A stretch of DNA of 64,000 nt from Tubulanus polymorphus (lineage: Eukaryota; Animalia; Nemertea): assembly GCF_964204645.1 (NCBI RefSeq), contig NC_134025.1:868001-932000 (forward strand). Reading direction: 5' to 3'. The notes under the pieces were generated by a model. That model was not told the origin of the DNA and did no database searches. It saw nothing but the letters and a program-made list of their open reading frames with translations. The position numbers and the translations under genes are program-made. Positions 14,201 through 26,000 of the stretch are shown in pieces. Within the stretch, counting starts at the first letter, position 1. Every line of letters begins with the position of its first letter.

Positions 14201-15855
14201 ATGTCGATATCAAAACCATCGAGAAAATATTCAATGATGAAAAAAATCAGACTGTTCAAACAACAGAACCGGAGACTGGTGTAAACGAGAACAATAATCT
14301 CGACGTTGATAATACTGAGGCATCAGCAGCGGCAGCAGCAGGAGCAGCAGCAGCTGTAGGGGGAGAGAGGGAGTTGAATGGAACAAATCGTGAAGAACAA
14401 CCTTTCGCTCCACCGGTCACACCGGCTACAGGAACCCACGAAACATCTCCAACAACTGATAACCTAAATAAAGTATTAGACGATTTGGATAAGTTACTAG
14501 AGAGTCCTATAAAAGAGAAGACAGATGATGAATCTTTGACTTCCGTTTCATCTAAAGAATCGTCATCTTCATCTTCTAGTGACGAGGAACAACAACAACA
14601 AGAGAACAATGAAAAAACGAAAGTGGATCCGTTGATTATAACGATCGACGGGAGAGATGCAAAACTAGACATAGAACCAACAACAACTGATAATAATACA
14701 GCGGATGAGAACAAGAATACGGAACCCGATGAACCAACTACAGGTGAACATGAAATCAATAACGAACCGTCCTCAGAACCAACTTCTGAAAAACACGAAA
14801 AACGAAAACATTCAACTTCTTCTGATTCGGACGAAGAAGAACCAAAACATAAGAAGTTAGAACCAGTGGATGCCATTGAACCGTCGAGCGAATCGAGCCA
14901 TCATATTCCACTTTATCGCATTTCAAAACCACCGACTAAAGCCGATATTATTGATCAAAATAAAGACAGTCCTACACGACCTCCTATTGACCTATATCCA
15001 GAGCTAGCGACTGAAGATACTACTAACCCTGATGAAGTATTAAAAGAGAATGTAGCACCAGTAGCTTCAGCGGCTGAACCTTTAGACGAGGATAAGCCTA
15101 TAGATTTAGACACTACCGGTCCTGATTTGAGTCCTGACCCGACTGATAAAACCCCACTGGCACCTGTCAGTAAATCTAACACATTGAATAGTACAGGTGC
15201 ACAGTCCAGTGAACCAGATGCTGCATCTGATATCGAAACAGAACCAGGTCAGTTTATAGTTTATCTTTATTACTCATCATTATTTTTATCAATAATAATT
15301 ACTAACCAGATTCATCCCTTGAATGTGTGTTCGGCCTAACTTTCTAATATATACTAATGGGACGTTTAGGAGAATCTGAGAGATTATTTCAAACATTATG
15401 TGAATCAATAGAAAAACATCCACAAATATCAAATTCATTAATGTTTGATCCGACAACTTTGGAATAGAAAACTTCAATCGTGCGCATTATATGTAACGCG
15501 TTTGCATTCCGTCTGACTGTAATGTAATGTATGTCTAAGTGTTTATGATGGTACTTAAGGAAAATAGAAACGTTATATCCGATTTTCTTGACCAATTTAT
15601 CAGAGCCACTTAGAATACCAAGTCTCGCTACACTAATGTACAGCGGGCAATATATATATCTATTCGTATCGAAGCATGGGAAGCAAATTGAATAATTCGA
15701 ATGGCATTTTTTACATTTCAGAAACTGCGCCTCTGAATCCGACCCCGATCAAAGAGAAACCGAAGAAAAAGAAGAAATCTGGATTATCAGGATTACTAAG
15801 CTGTTGCCCGTGCAAGAGTAAAAAGAGTAATAAAGCTAAGAACCGCAGTAGTTAG
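8279..15855 (+). CDS. CBM20 (starch/glycogen-binding domain) protein with long acidic disordered repeat region and C-terminal polybasic/Cys tail (~1441 aa); inferred exons 8279-8660, 11438-15247, 15722-15855
   Basis: Exon 1 shows the CBM20 pattern (VFFIIHYHTLPGEHIVVTGS..LGLW..W..YKF..WE..NR). Donor G|gtgagt at 8660 joins in phase to tttcag|AG at 11438. Donor G|gtcagt at 15247 joins tttcag|AA at 15722, giving ...KKKKKSGLSGLLSCCPCKSKKSNKAKNRSS*. Total 4326 nt, in frame. Confidence 0.8.
10951..11091. mobile_element. ~140-bp MITE, PIF/Harbinger-like (CTG target-site duplication)
   Basis: Imperfect TIRs ggggtccagttgcacagtc...actatgcaaccgacccc, flanked by ctg on both sides. A closely similar second copy lies at 48837-48973. 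Confidence 0.7.
12205..13480 (+). repeat. Coding tandem repeat, five units with alternating ~270 and ~303-306 bp spacing (PRPSLPQLGD doublets)
   Basis: Unit starts at 12205, 12475, 12778, 13048 and 13354; each unit encodes two PRPSLPQLGD motifs. Confidence 0.95.
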
Positions 15856-18800
15856 TCGAACAACCATGGTCTATGTAGTCTGGTATCGCGCGGCGGTGCC
15901 AACTTTTTCGTAAAAACTGAAGCCGTTTTACTTTCACTGAATAAAAACAACTTTGTAGAAAAAAAAACATTTTTAAAAAGCCACAGCGATGATGATGTTT
16001 CTTATTCGTGTTAGGAAAGGTGAAAAGACGATCGCCTTGTACGTAAACATATCCTGCTCATACGATGATGATACAGGTTGCTTTTTCGCGCTGAGAAAGA
16101 GTTTATTTCGAGGAGCAGGAAAGAATTTAGCTTTACGTTATATAGCTTGCTGTATTTATCAAATACTGTCAGTGCATTTTTATCAATATTTACAGACTTT
16201 CAACCGCAGCAAAAACCGACTAAATTTATGACAAAAAATGTCGATAGTTCAATGATACAAATGGTTTTCAAGATTCCCAATATTCCTTAGTTATTTCTCG
16301 TCAGAAATTCTAGAGCTATGAATAGCTTTCAATACACTATAGGGAATTATGTGAGGGGTACAAGGGACCTAGTCTGGTTTACAAAAAAAACAAACAATAT
16401 TCGCATTATGAAAAAGTTTGACGTGAGTCATACTAAATGAATGCAATCGGGCAAAAGACTGTGCGCGCGTTATGTCGATATTTATAGAAATATTTCTATC
16501 GCCTGGAACAGAAATGACTGAGTGCTATTTACGTTTAACAATAGTTGTCGACGATATAGACCGGCGCGAGTTGATTCATAAAAATCATATCCTGAACGGA
16601 TTAGAAAAACATATCGGATATTCTCGTAAACAACATGGATCTTTCCTGTGAATAATAGTGTTAGCAAGGCAGCAATATTGAAACAATTGTATAAAATAGA
16701 TCGAAGAGAACTGGATTTTAACTTCATATTTTAACGCACTATAAACAAATCTGTAAAATCCTATGAAAGATTGAGACATAAAAACTTTTTAAATCAATGA
16801 CCAATTCGAAAGTCTATGACAGGATATTTCGGAGTTTCACCAGGGGCGAATCGAAGGCGGTTTCTTGCGTCTGAGACAGATGGCATTATCTCGAAAACTT
16901 TATCTTTTCGAGGGACGTATGGGCGCTCTGCCAGACCAACGCCCATCCCTCCCACAGTTAGGAAATATGCCTAAACTGTTTCATGTAAATAGTTGAGACT
17001 ATTTCCACTCTTGAATATTTTTGAGAGAAAACCGTGACACAATATAAATCTAAAACTTATTTCAAATAAATTCTGAAGATGGGTGGAAGTCGAAGTATTC
17101 CACCCGAAACATAAGGAATGAAATAATAGCAGTTGTTCAGATTTATATTGTGAGTTTTTGCTCAACGGCTAGCAGCCATCAACGTGGCTGCTTCATCTGA
17201 GAAATGTCCTCAATTTTCGATTGGACCTCTGTCTTTCGCGCTTCTAGAGATCTGCCCCTGTAGATCAGTATAGACCGGTTTTAGTGTTTGGATTTTTCAT
17301 CAATTTGTTTATTATAGCTGGAAATATACGTTTTGTATTTACTGTGTTCAACATTTCTACTTCTTAAAATTTCAGAAAAACATGATTTTTCGTTTTTAGT
17401 TTCAATTTCGATTTCTTAGTGTTTATCGCGAGCCGTTATCGATGAAATGCGATACGGTCTCGGAGAGCTTTTGAATAATTAATTCACCACGTTAATATGC
17501 ACCAGAATTGAATCAGATGAACCCTTGTGAAATTGATATCCCCCGGATAAATGTCAACCACGCAATAACGATCTGTAAATGGCAGACAAAATCAATACGG
17601 CTAGTCTGAAAATATATGCTTTCACCCTCAGTCTCTCTCAATCAAAGTCCTTTGTGTTTATTGGCAGAAATTACAAAGCAAACCGAAAATTCGTGTTCTC
17701 AATTTACGTGTTTGGAGTGTTCACAAAAAATTTGGTTCACACAATACCCTGGACAGGTTCGTTCAAGTCTTGACAAGTATATATACATTATGTAATTCGG
17801 TTTAAGAGTGTTCACACTATACCGCAGTGGTATTCAGCTGAGATTGAATTTCATATACAATCTTGATACCTACGAGTCTATAAACATTGAACCTCGCCCA
17901 GCTCGGAGAAACTGTGAATAGTGGCATAAAAAGATCCGAGTTCAAGATAGGTAGAGATACCTCAGGATGTCAGAAAAAATTATTTCCTTTTTGTCCGAGT
18001 AAGTCAAAGGTCCGAGTTGACAGTGTCCGAGTAGGACGAGGTTTCTGGTTTAAACACATGTAGTTTGGCAGGATTCGTGATGTATTGTAAACGTGTGTTT
18101 GTCGTGGAAGGTTTTTATTAACCATCATTTGCATCTGTATCGTTAATATGCGTAACATATGGCACGATGTAAATACGACTGACTTTAATCATAATTCATA
18201 AACTTTATTCGCATTACAAATTACTTAATTATTCAAAATGGCGGATGGGTTAACCTATCAGTTCTACGTTTATTATCATCGAAACATATCGAAAAACAAA
18301 ATGCTGTGAAAGGAAACTCAGATTCATAGTTGTGTGAGTTTTATCCGACTCTGGATCCAGTTTCACGGTTGTGTGGGTTTAATTTGATTCATGGACCCAG
18401 TTTACAATAGCGATCTTGGGATTGATTTGACTCTGTGATTGAACATAATGATGGTCCATCAGTAACTCGTTAATCTGACGAAGAGTTGACGGCTAATCCA
18501 TACAGTGTTCCTATCTTGAATAGTGAATCCTGCGCTGCTAAAAAGTAATGTCCGTTTTCAGCGATACACATCAGAATGTAACCAAATTCCTTACACCATG
18601 CAACACAGTTATAGGTATAATATGTTTCATAAATTCTTTATCTCATCTGTTTTCATATATCGCGCCGCCTGGGTCGGTGGAGAATGCGATCAATACTGCT
18701 GTCTATTAATATTTCACCCGATGTTAATATATTTTTGTAACAGACTCTAAAAGTGAGGTCAGGTATTGTCAAATCATCAAAGTATTGTCAAATTTCACTT

Positions 18801-18898
18801 CGTTTTTATTTCAGAATAGCGAATCATAGACTAGAAACTCGTTTGACTGCCTTTGCATTTCGTCGCCTATTATGCACTATATAATCATTACAAAAGGC

Positions 18899-18999
18899 CA
18901 GGGACCGATTCCACAGTTCTTGGTTATGGATTTGAGTTGAGTCAGTTCATTTGCGATGAACGAATCAAATCTTAGACACGGCCGTGGAACTGGTCCCTG
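18899..18999. mobile_element. Short palindromic MITE of a dispersed family (related copies ~8930-9040, 21184-21300, 30929-31035, 39190-39285)
   Basis: cagggaccgattccacag...cgtggaactggtccctg inverted termini; the shared ccagttccacag / ctgtggaactgg ends recur across the window. Confidence 0.55.
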
Positions 19000-21900
19000 A
19001 CCTGTATGTAAATACAGTTGATATTTTAATCATTTATTCAAATAGAATTTAATATCGAGATATTAAGCTATTAATCGATCGAATAAAGCGCTTATTGTGA
19101 ATAGATTCAGTTTAAATTCACTGATTATTTTATCGATTATTATCACTATTGTACTTTTGTTAATAAAAAGCTCTCTAATAAAACACGTGAATGAAAATGC
19201 TACAGAAATCAAAGTCTATGTATTTTATTCAATGTATGTAAACTGTAATTCTGCAGTCAGAGAAGGGCTGATAGAGTGGAGGAGAACGGACATGTCCAAA
19301 AGTGGTCTTGGATCTAAGTCATAAGTCAGGATCACCCCGGGGAATAATTACTGGGTTCGAACCTGGGACGGCCCTTTACAGTGACCTCTTCCATAATATG
19401 TACATCTGCTGCCTTGAGTTGATGCTGAGGGTTGAAGTCTTTGGTCATCGATCTTTATCCATAAAATGAGAAAACCAGAAAAGAAAACCAGTCATTTTTC
19501 GAAATGCCAAAAGATTTCACCGGGATTTAAGAATAGTAAACATCAGTCTGTCGTCGGCTGTCAGAAATACTTCTCAACTGAGATCAGATTTCATCATATT
19601 CTCGATTACAAACGACTTGATGTTTGATTTATTTTTAAGCACACATTTTCTTCAGAACTAAACCAGCACATGATGTAGTCAATCTTTACTCGTACTCTGC
19701 GTATACCGCGGAGCGAGGCTTACAACATCGCGCGCTGATCATCTCAAGGTTCTGACGAAAAAATAGCGTTCAGACTAGACATTCTTGAGTGGCAACAAAA
19801 ACCTTATCTCATTCCGCAAACCAAACACACATCGGAGACGTGTGTGGAAATAAATCAGTACTTACTGGAGCAGGCATTTTACAAAACAATAAAAAATGAT
19901 ATTACAGTCTGAGCATAGCCAGGAATTACTGAGGGTAGTTCTTATTTCAGCTATTCTATCTAAGGGAAATTACGTGTAAAAGGTGACTGGTCTGTTTTGG
20001 GCAAAAATAGAATGCCTGAACCCTGGATGATGCCTAACCCTAGTCTCGAACCCGGGGCTCCACAACAAACCCACGCCCGAACCGCTTGACCACTGAAGTC
20101 TGGTCAGTGTCGTGTGATCAACCAGCTGTGGTGATTGATTGTCAACCATTCTCTATGAAAACCAAACACCCTATCGGCAGGAATTCGAACCTGAACATCG
20201 AATCAGGTTTACAAACGGAGGATGTATCATTCTCCTATCAGAACCTTCTCCATTACATTACCCAGTGTGAGGTATTGTTCATGTGTGTCATATTGGCCGT
20301 ATAACTGTGAATGCTAATGTGACGTCATGTGCACAGCCCCCTGGTGGGATATGCGGGTTCAGATCCATTCATCAAATCACTAATATAAACTTAAGAATTA
20401 TCTAAAAATGTATATTGAAACACAGTGTATCCTTAACAGCAGCAGCCATCAACATCCCGAACAGTAAACAACTTCAACAAGATTCCATTTCAAAATATGA
20501 ATTTATTTCTAGAAAACCTGTATCAAATCTACGTCTACAAATTGATAACATATAAATAAGGCAGCGATGTAAGCATTAGGTTTGAAACTAAGTTAGACAC
20601 TCTCACTATCTCTCCATATAAATGTATAAGTTGCTATTTGAGATTAATGGAATAAACTCCAACACAAATACTACATTTCGATACAAAATATAATACTAAC
20701 AAATAATCATTTATTTAGAGGTGATTTTTTTCATGCAGATTGGTTTTTAATAAATTAAATTACGTTCGTTTTAAATATGGAAAATACTAAATAATATGAG
20801 AAACTAATTTACAAATCCAAATTATATAAACGCTTTATTTACACGAGTACTGCTGGTAGTTGGTTGTACCGCCGGTTTTATATTGGAAGACTATATCTCT
20901 GGCACTCTTATTATAACGATCTATGAACCACTGCAAAATGAGCGTACATATGGTATAATATAAACTCGAATATTTGAACTACTAGAAATATCATTATCAT
21001 TGTTACATGTTGAGATATTTTCTATACAGATCTCTATTTTCAGTATTCAGACCCGGAGAATCCCTGAGGGCAGTAAAGTACAATGTGTATTATAAATTCT
21101 AAATTCTATACTGAAAAATACATAATAGATTGGATGTGATCCAAGATATATTATTCATAGATATAGATTTATCAAATATCTGCAGGCCAGTTGCATAGTT
21201 GTTGGCTAAATCTGACCCTGTAGATTTGAATTAGTTCTATTTCAATCGGTTTAACTCGATATAGTCAAATCTTACATCTCCACAGAGTAACTGGGTCCAG
21301 AGGAGCGGAACCTTTGATCCCGAGGAAACAAGAGTTTATTTGAATCCAGAGGAGAGAAAGAGTTAATTGGAATTGTAAACATGTATCAATTTTCACAGCA
21401 GGTTCAGGTTTGTTAAACAATATAAACATTACATTAACCCTTTAACACCCTGTAACGGTTTGAAACAGTCTGGAACGGCCTGTAACAGTCATTACAGTTG
21501 TTCGAGTTATTTGAGATTTGTCTATTGAGTTTAAATATAGCCGCGCAGGCGGTTGAGTAAAAAACACTTCTACTTCAGAATATTGAATCAGTTTAGAACA
21601 AGAGAAAAACACTTTACATTCCACAAACAGCTACTGAACATTAGCAACAGTTACAGCTACTGAATGTAAGCTGCAGCTACCTTGTATTCAGCTACCGTAC
21701 AAGCTGTATGAGTGATATATAGTAAATATTCATATCTCTGATACAGGTATCATACAATCTGCAGTAGGAATCCTGAGAGAAACGGTCAGAGAAACCACGC
21801 CCAATAACAGCTCAATATAAACCCTTACCCTGCTCCTCATCAATACCTGATCCATCGATCCATACTCAATTACTGTTATTATTCATTGAAAACACCTACG

Positions 21901-22255
21901 AATATTGTATATAATGTACCCGGGTATGAGTATGAATTGTAGGCACTACGAGGTATCATTCAGGTCATATTACAATGTTCTATAAAAAAAAAATATCAAC
22001 AGTATATTGAGACAACTGATGACATAATTACAGCTCACAAGCAGTAGGAGAACTGATAGGTGAGGTGTACACTGTATAATACTGACATAATAACCAACTA
22101 TAAATATATCTAGGGTAAACGTACTGACTGAATATCAGACACAGAAACAGATCTGAGTTTATCCATAGTGAGAGGTGTTAGTATTAAATGCATAGGAAGA
22201 CTTCATCTAACAATACTCAAATACTATCAATATTTACAGCGACCCAGTTCCACAG

Positions 22256-23020
22256 CTGAGAACAGTGTAACTGGATTCATACACTATTATCTACAGACTC
22301 TCCGTACCGAGAACAGTGTAACTGGATTCATACACTATTATCTACAGACTCTCCGTACCGAGAACAGTGTAACTGGATTCATACACTATTATCTACAGAC
22401 TCTCCGTACCGAGAACAGTGTAACTGGATTCATACACTATTATCTACAGACTCTCCGTACCGAGAACAGTGTAACTGGATTCATACGCTATTATCTACAG
22501 ACTCTCCGTACCGAGAACAGTGTAACTGGATTCATACGCTATTATCTACAGACTCTCCGTACCGAGAACAGTGTAACTGGATTCATACACTATTATCCAC
22601 AGACTCTCCGTACCGAGAACAGTGTAACTGGATTCATACACTATTATCTACGGACTCTCCGTACCGAGAACAGTGTAACTGGATTCATACACTATTATCT
22701 ACAGACTCTCCGTACCGAGAACAGTGTAACTGGATTCATACACTATTATCTACAGACTCCCCGTACCGAGAACAGTGTAACTGGATTCATACACTATTAT
22801 GTACAGACTCTCCGTACCGAGAACAGTGTAACTGGATTCATACACTATTATCTACAGACTCTCCGTACCGAGAACAGTGTAACTGGATTCATACACTATT
22901 ATCTACAGACTCTCCGTACCGAGAACAGTGTAACTGGATTCATACACTATTATCTACAGACTCTCCGTACCGAGAACAGTGTAACTGGATTCATACGCTA
23001 TTATCTACAGACTCTCCATA
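22256..23020. repeat. 51-bp minisatellite, ~15 copies, overlapping the CEP192 stop codon and 3' UTR
   Basis: Unit gagaacagtgtaactggattcatacactattatctacagactctccgtacc with near-identical copies. It explains the spurious 286-aa + strand ORF. Confidence 0.97.
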
Positions 23021-26000
23021 CAATGTAACAGTAACTTCCGGAACGTCTTTAGCCTGTAGAACGAGAACCGCCTCAAATTTTCCGACGGTCACCGGAGTGA
23101 ATTTGATCGGAAGCCGAATATAGTGTTGAGAACTACAAAAAAACAAATCAAACATTCATTTATTTATAAATATTCCTGAAGCTAAACGATGTAGTAGAGG
23201 GGGGTCTAGTAGAGGGGGGTCTAGTAGAGGGGGGTCTAGTAGAGGGGGGTCTAGTAGAGGGGGTTCTAGTAGAGGGGGGTCTAGTAGAGGGGGGTCTAGT
23301 AGAGGGGGGTCTAGTAGAGGGGGTCTAGCAGAGGGGGGTCTAGTAGGGGGGGGGGGTCTAGTAGAGGGGGGGGGGGGGTCTAGTAGAGGGGGGGGGGGTC
23401 TAGTAGAGGGGGGGGGGGTCTAGTAGAGGGGGGGGGGGGTCTAGTAGAGGGGGGTCTAGTAGAGGGGGGTCTAGTAGAGGGGGGTCTAGTAGAGGGTGGT
23501 CTAGTAGAGGGTGGTCTAGTAGAGGGGGTATAGTAGAGGGGGGTATAGTAGAGGGGGGTCTAGTAGAGGGGGGTCTAGTAGAGGGTGGTCTAGTAGAGGG
23601 GGTATAGTAGAGGGGGGTCTAGTAGAGGGGGGTCTAGTAGAGGGGGTCTAGTAGAGGGGGTATGGTAGAGGGGGGTCTAGTAGAGGGGGGTCTAGTAGAG
23701 GGGGGTTTAGTAGAGGGGGGTCTAGTAGAGGGGGGTTTAGTAGAGGGGGGTCTAGTAGAGGGTGGTCTAGTAGAGGGTGGTCTAGTAGAGGGGGTATAGT
23801 AGAGGGGGGTCTAGTAGAGGGGGGTCTAGTAGAGGGGGGTCTAGTAGAGGGGGGTCTAGTAGAGGGGGTCTAGTAGAGGGGGGGTCTAGTAGAGGGGGGT
23901 CTAGTAGAGGGGGGTCTAGTAGAGGGGGGTCTAGTAGAGGGAGGTCTAGTAGAGGGGGTCTAGTAGAGGGGGGTCTAGTAGAGGGGGGGGGGGGTCTAGT
24001 AGAGGGGGGGGGGTCTAGTATAGGGGGGGGGGGTCTAGTATAGGGGGGTCTAGTAGGGGGGGGGGGGGTCTAGTAGAGGGGGGTCTAGTAGAGGGGGGTC
24101 TAGTAGAGGGGGGTCTAGTAGAGGGGGGTCTAGTAGAGGGGGGTCTAGTAGAGGGGGGTCTAGTAGAGGGGGGTCTAGTAGAGGGTGGTCTAGTAGAGGG
24201 GGTATAGTAGAGGGGGGTCTAGTAGAGGGGGTCTAGTAGAGGGGGTATGGTAGAGGGGGGTCTAGTAGAGGGGGGTCTAGTAGAGGGGGGTTTAGTAGAG
24301 GGGGGTTTAGTAGAGGGGGGTCTAGTAGAGGGGGGTTTAGTAGAGGGGGGTCTAGTAGAGGGTGGTCTAGTAGAGGGTGGTCTAGTAGAGGGGGGTTTAG
24401 TAGAGGGGGGTCTAGTAGAGGGGGGTTTAGTAGAGGGGGGTCTAGTAGAGGGTGGTCTAGTAGAGGGTGGTCTAGTAGAGGGGGTCTAGTAGAGGGGGGT
24501 CTAGTAGAGGGGGGGGGGGTCTAGTAGAGGGGGGGTCTAGTATAGGGGGGGGGGTCTAGTATAGGGGGGTCTAGTAGGGGGGGGGGTCTAGTAGAGGGGG
24601 GTCTAGTAGAGGGGGTCTAGTAAAACTTACTTCACTTCAAACTTGCGTTTACTTGCATGAAACGGTGCAGACAAAGGAAGAACTTTGATCTGAAATAATA
24701 AAACCACATGAAACACTGAAATATCGGGTTCACTAGAGAATCAAAACACGTTAGAATCAACGATTGTAAAAAACTTACAGATTGATTTCTATCAGATTTA
24801 TTTTTGATTCCGACCTTCAGTTCATGAGTAGAATGAGGTGAAGTTATAGGGAATATGAGTTTATCAGGAGTAGCAATGATCGGACGGATTGTATTCATAT
24901 TCTCTTTCTCTCTGTAACAATAAAACATTTACAACATGTTAATATATTCAACATATTACAAAAACACTGAATGTCTATAATTAATACTCACTTTTCGAAG
25001 GAAATTCGATTTTTCCGATCTGGTTTTGGACTGGATTTCATCACCTTCGCGACACCCTAAAAACAAACATAAACAGTTCATAAATTAAGACCGATTTAGG
25101 TGAAGTCTTCTGTACGACTACAAAATGCGACAAAATTTCTAATGACCTATTTCAGGATTTTTTTTGGGTATTTTGCTCAAATTTAAGGAGTTTCAAGGAA
25201 TCAAGGAGTTGTAGTGACTGTGATTAAGTACCGTTCCTAACTGTGCTGTTTTTAACACCACCCCAAATATGCACAAATCTGAATCCTCTCCTCTCATAAC
25301 TGCACAAGTATTTTTACAAGTAGCTCCAATTAACAACTGATTAACGCATTATTAATCAAGATTTTCAGACCAACCTTTCCAGTGAGTTGAACTCGGTAAA
25401 CTCCGACCGTTGAACTCGCTGTACGACCTTGAACTTGTAGATTCCAGAATTGCGTATAACTGCCTCGTTCGTTCGGTTCGAATAGAACCGGAACTTGAGT
25501 TTGTTGTTGAGGTTCTAATGAACCAGACATTTGAATAAACTTGAATACGTCATTACTTAAACGCTTAATATCACTGGTTCCTGTCTCTTTCTGTAAAAGA
25601 ACAACATTAACATCAACATCACAATCAATATCAATATCACAATCAATATCAATATCACAATCAATATCAATATTACAATCATACAATATTACTTAAAATC
25701 AACAAAGTTGTGACGACCTATGTTGACAACTTATCCAAATGATGACTTAACACTTGACAAATTGAATTATATAAATACAAATTAGGACTCAAAACAAGAG
25801 ATCAGTGAATGTGTGAGGGCTTATCGAAATGACAACACAGTTTGACAGTAAAATGATTGAATACCTTCAGATATGCAAGAGCTAATGGGGTCAGATACCA
25901 GTCTAACAGTTCATTGCCGTTATTCCTGAATTCAAGCTTAGAATCTGAAATAAAATAACATCATCACAAACACATTGAATATTAATAAATCAGTTAATAG

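Noticed and set aside
13752-15182. - strand Ser-rich ORFs
   Set aside because: Antisense shadows of the acidic exon of the CBM20 gene.
22168-23028. 286-aa + strand ORF (ENSVTGFIHYYLQTLRT)n
   Set aside because: It is a translation of a 51-bp minisatellite, antisense to the CEP192 3' end.
24247-24489. (VEGGL)n ORF
   Set aside because: Translation of a 15-bp intronic minisatellite.
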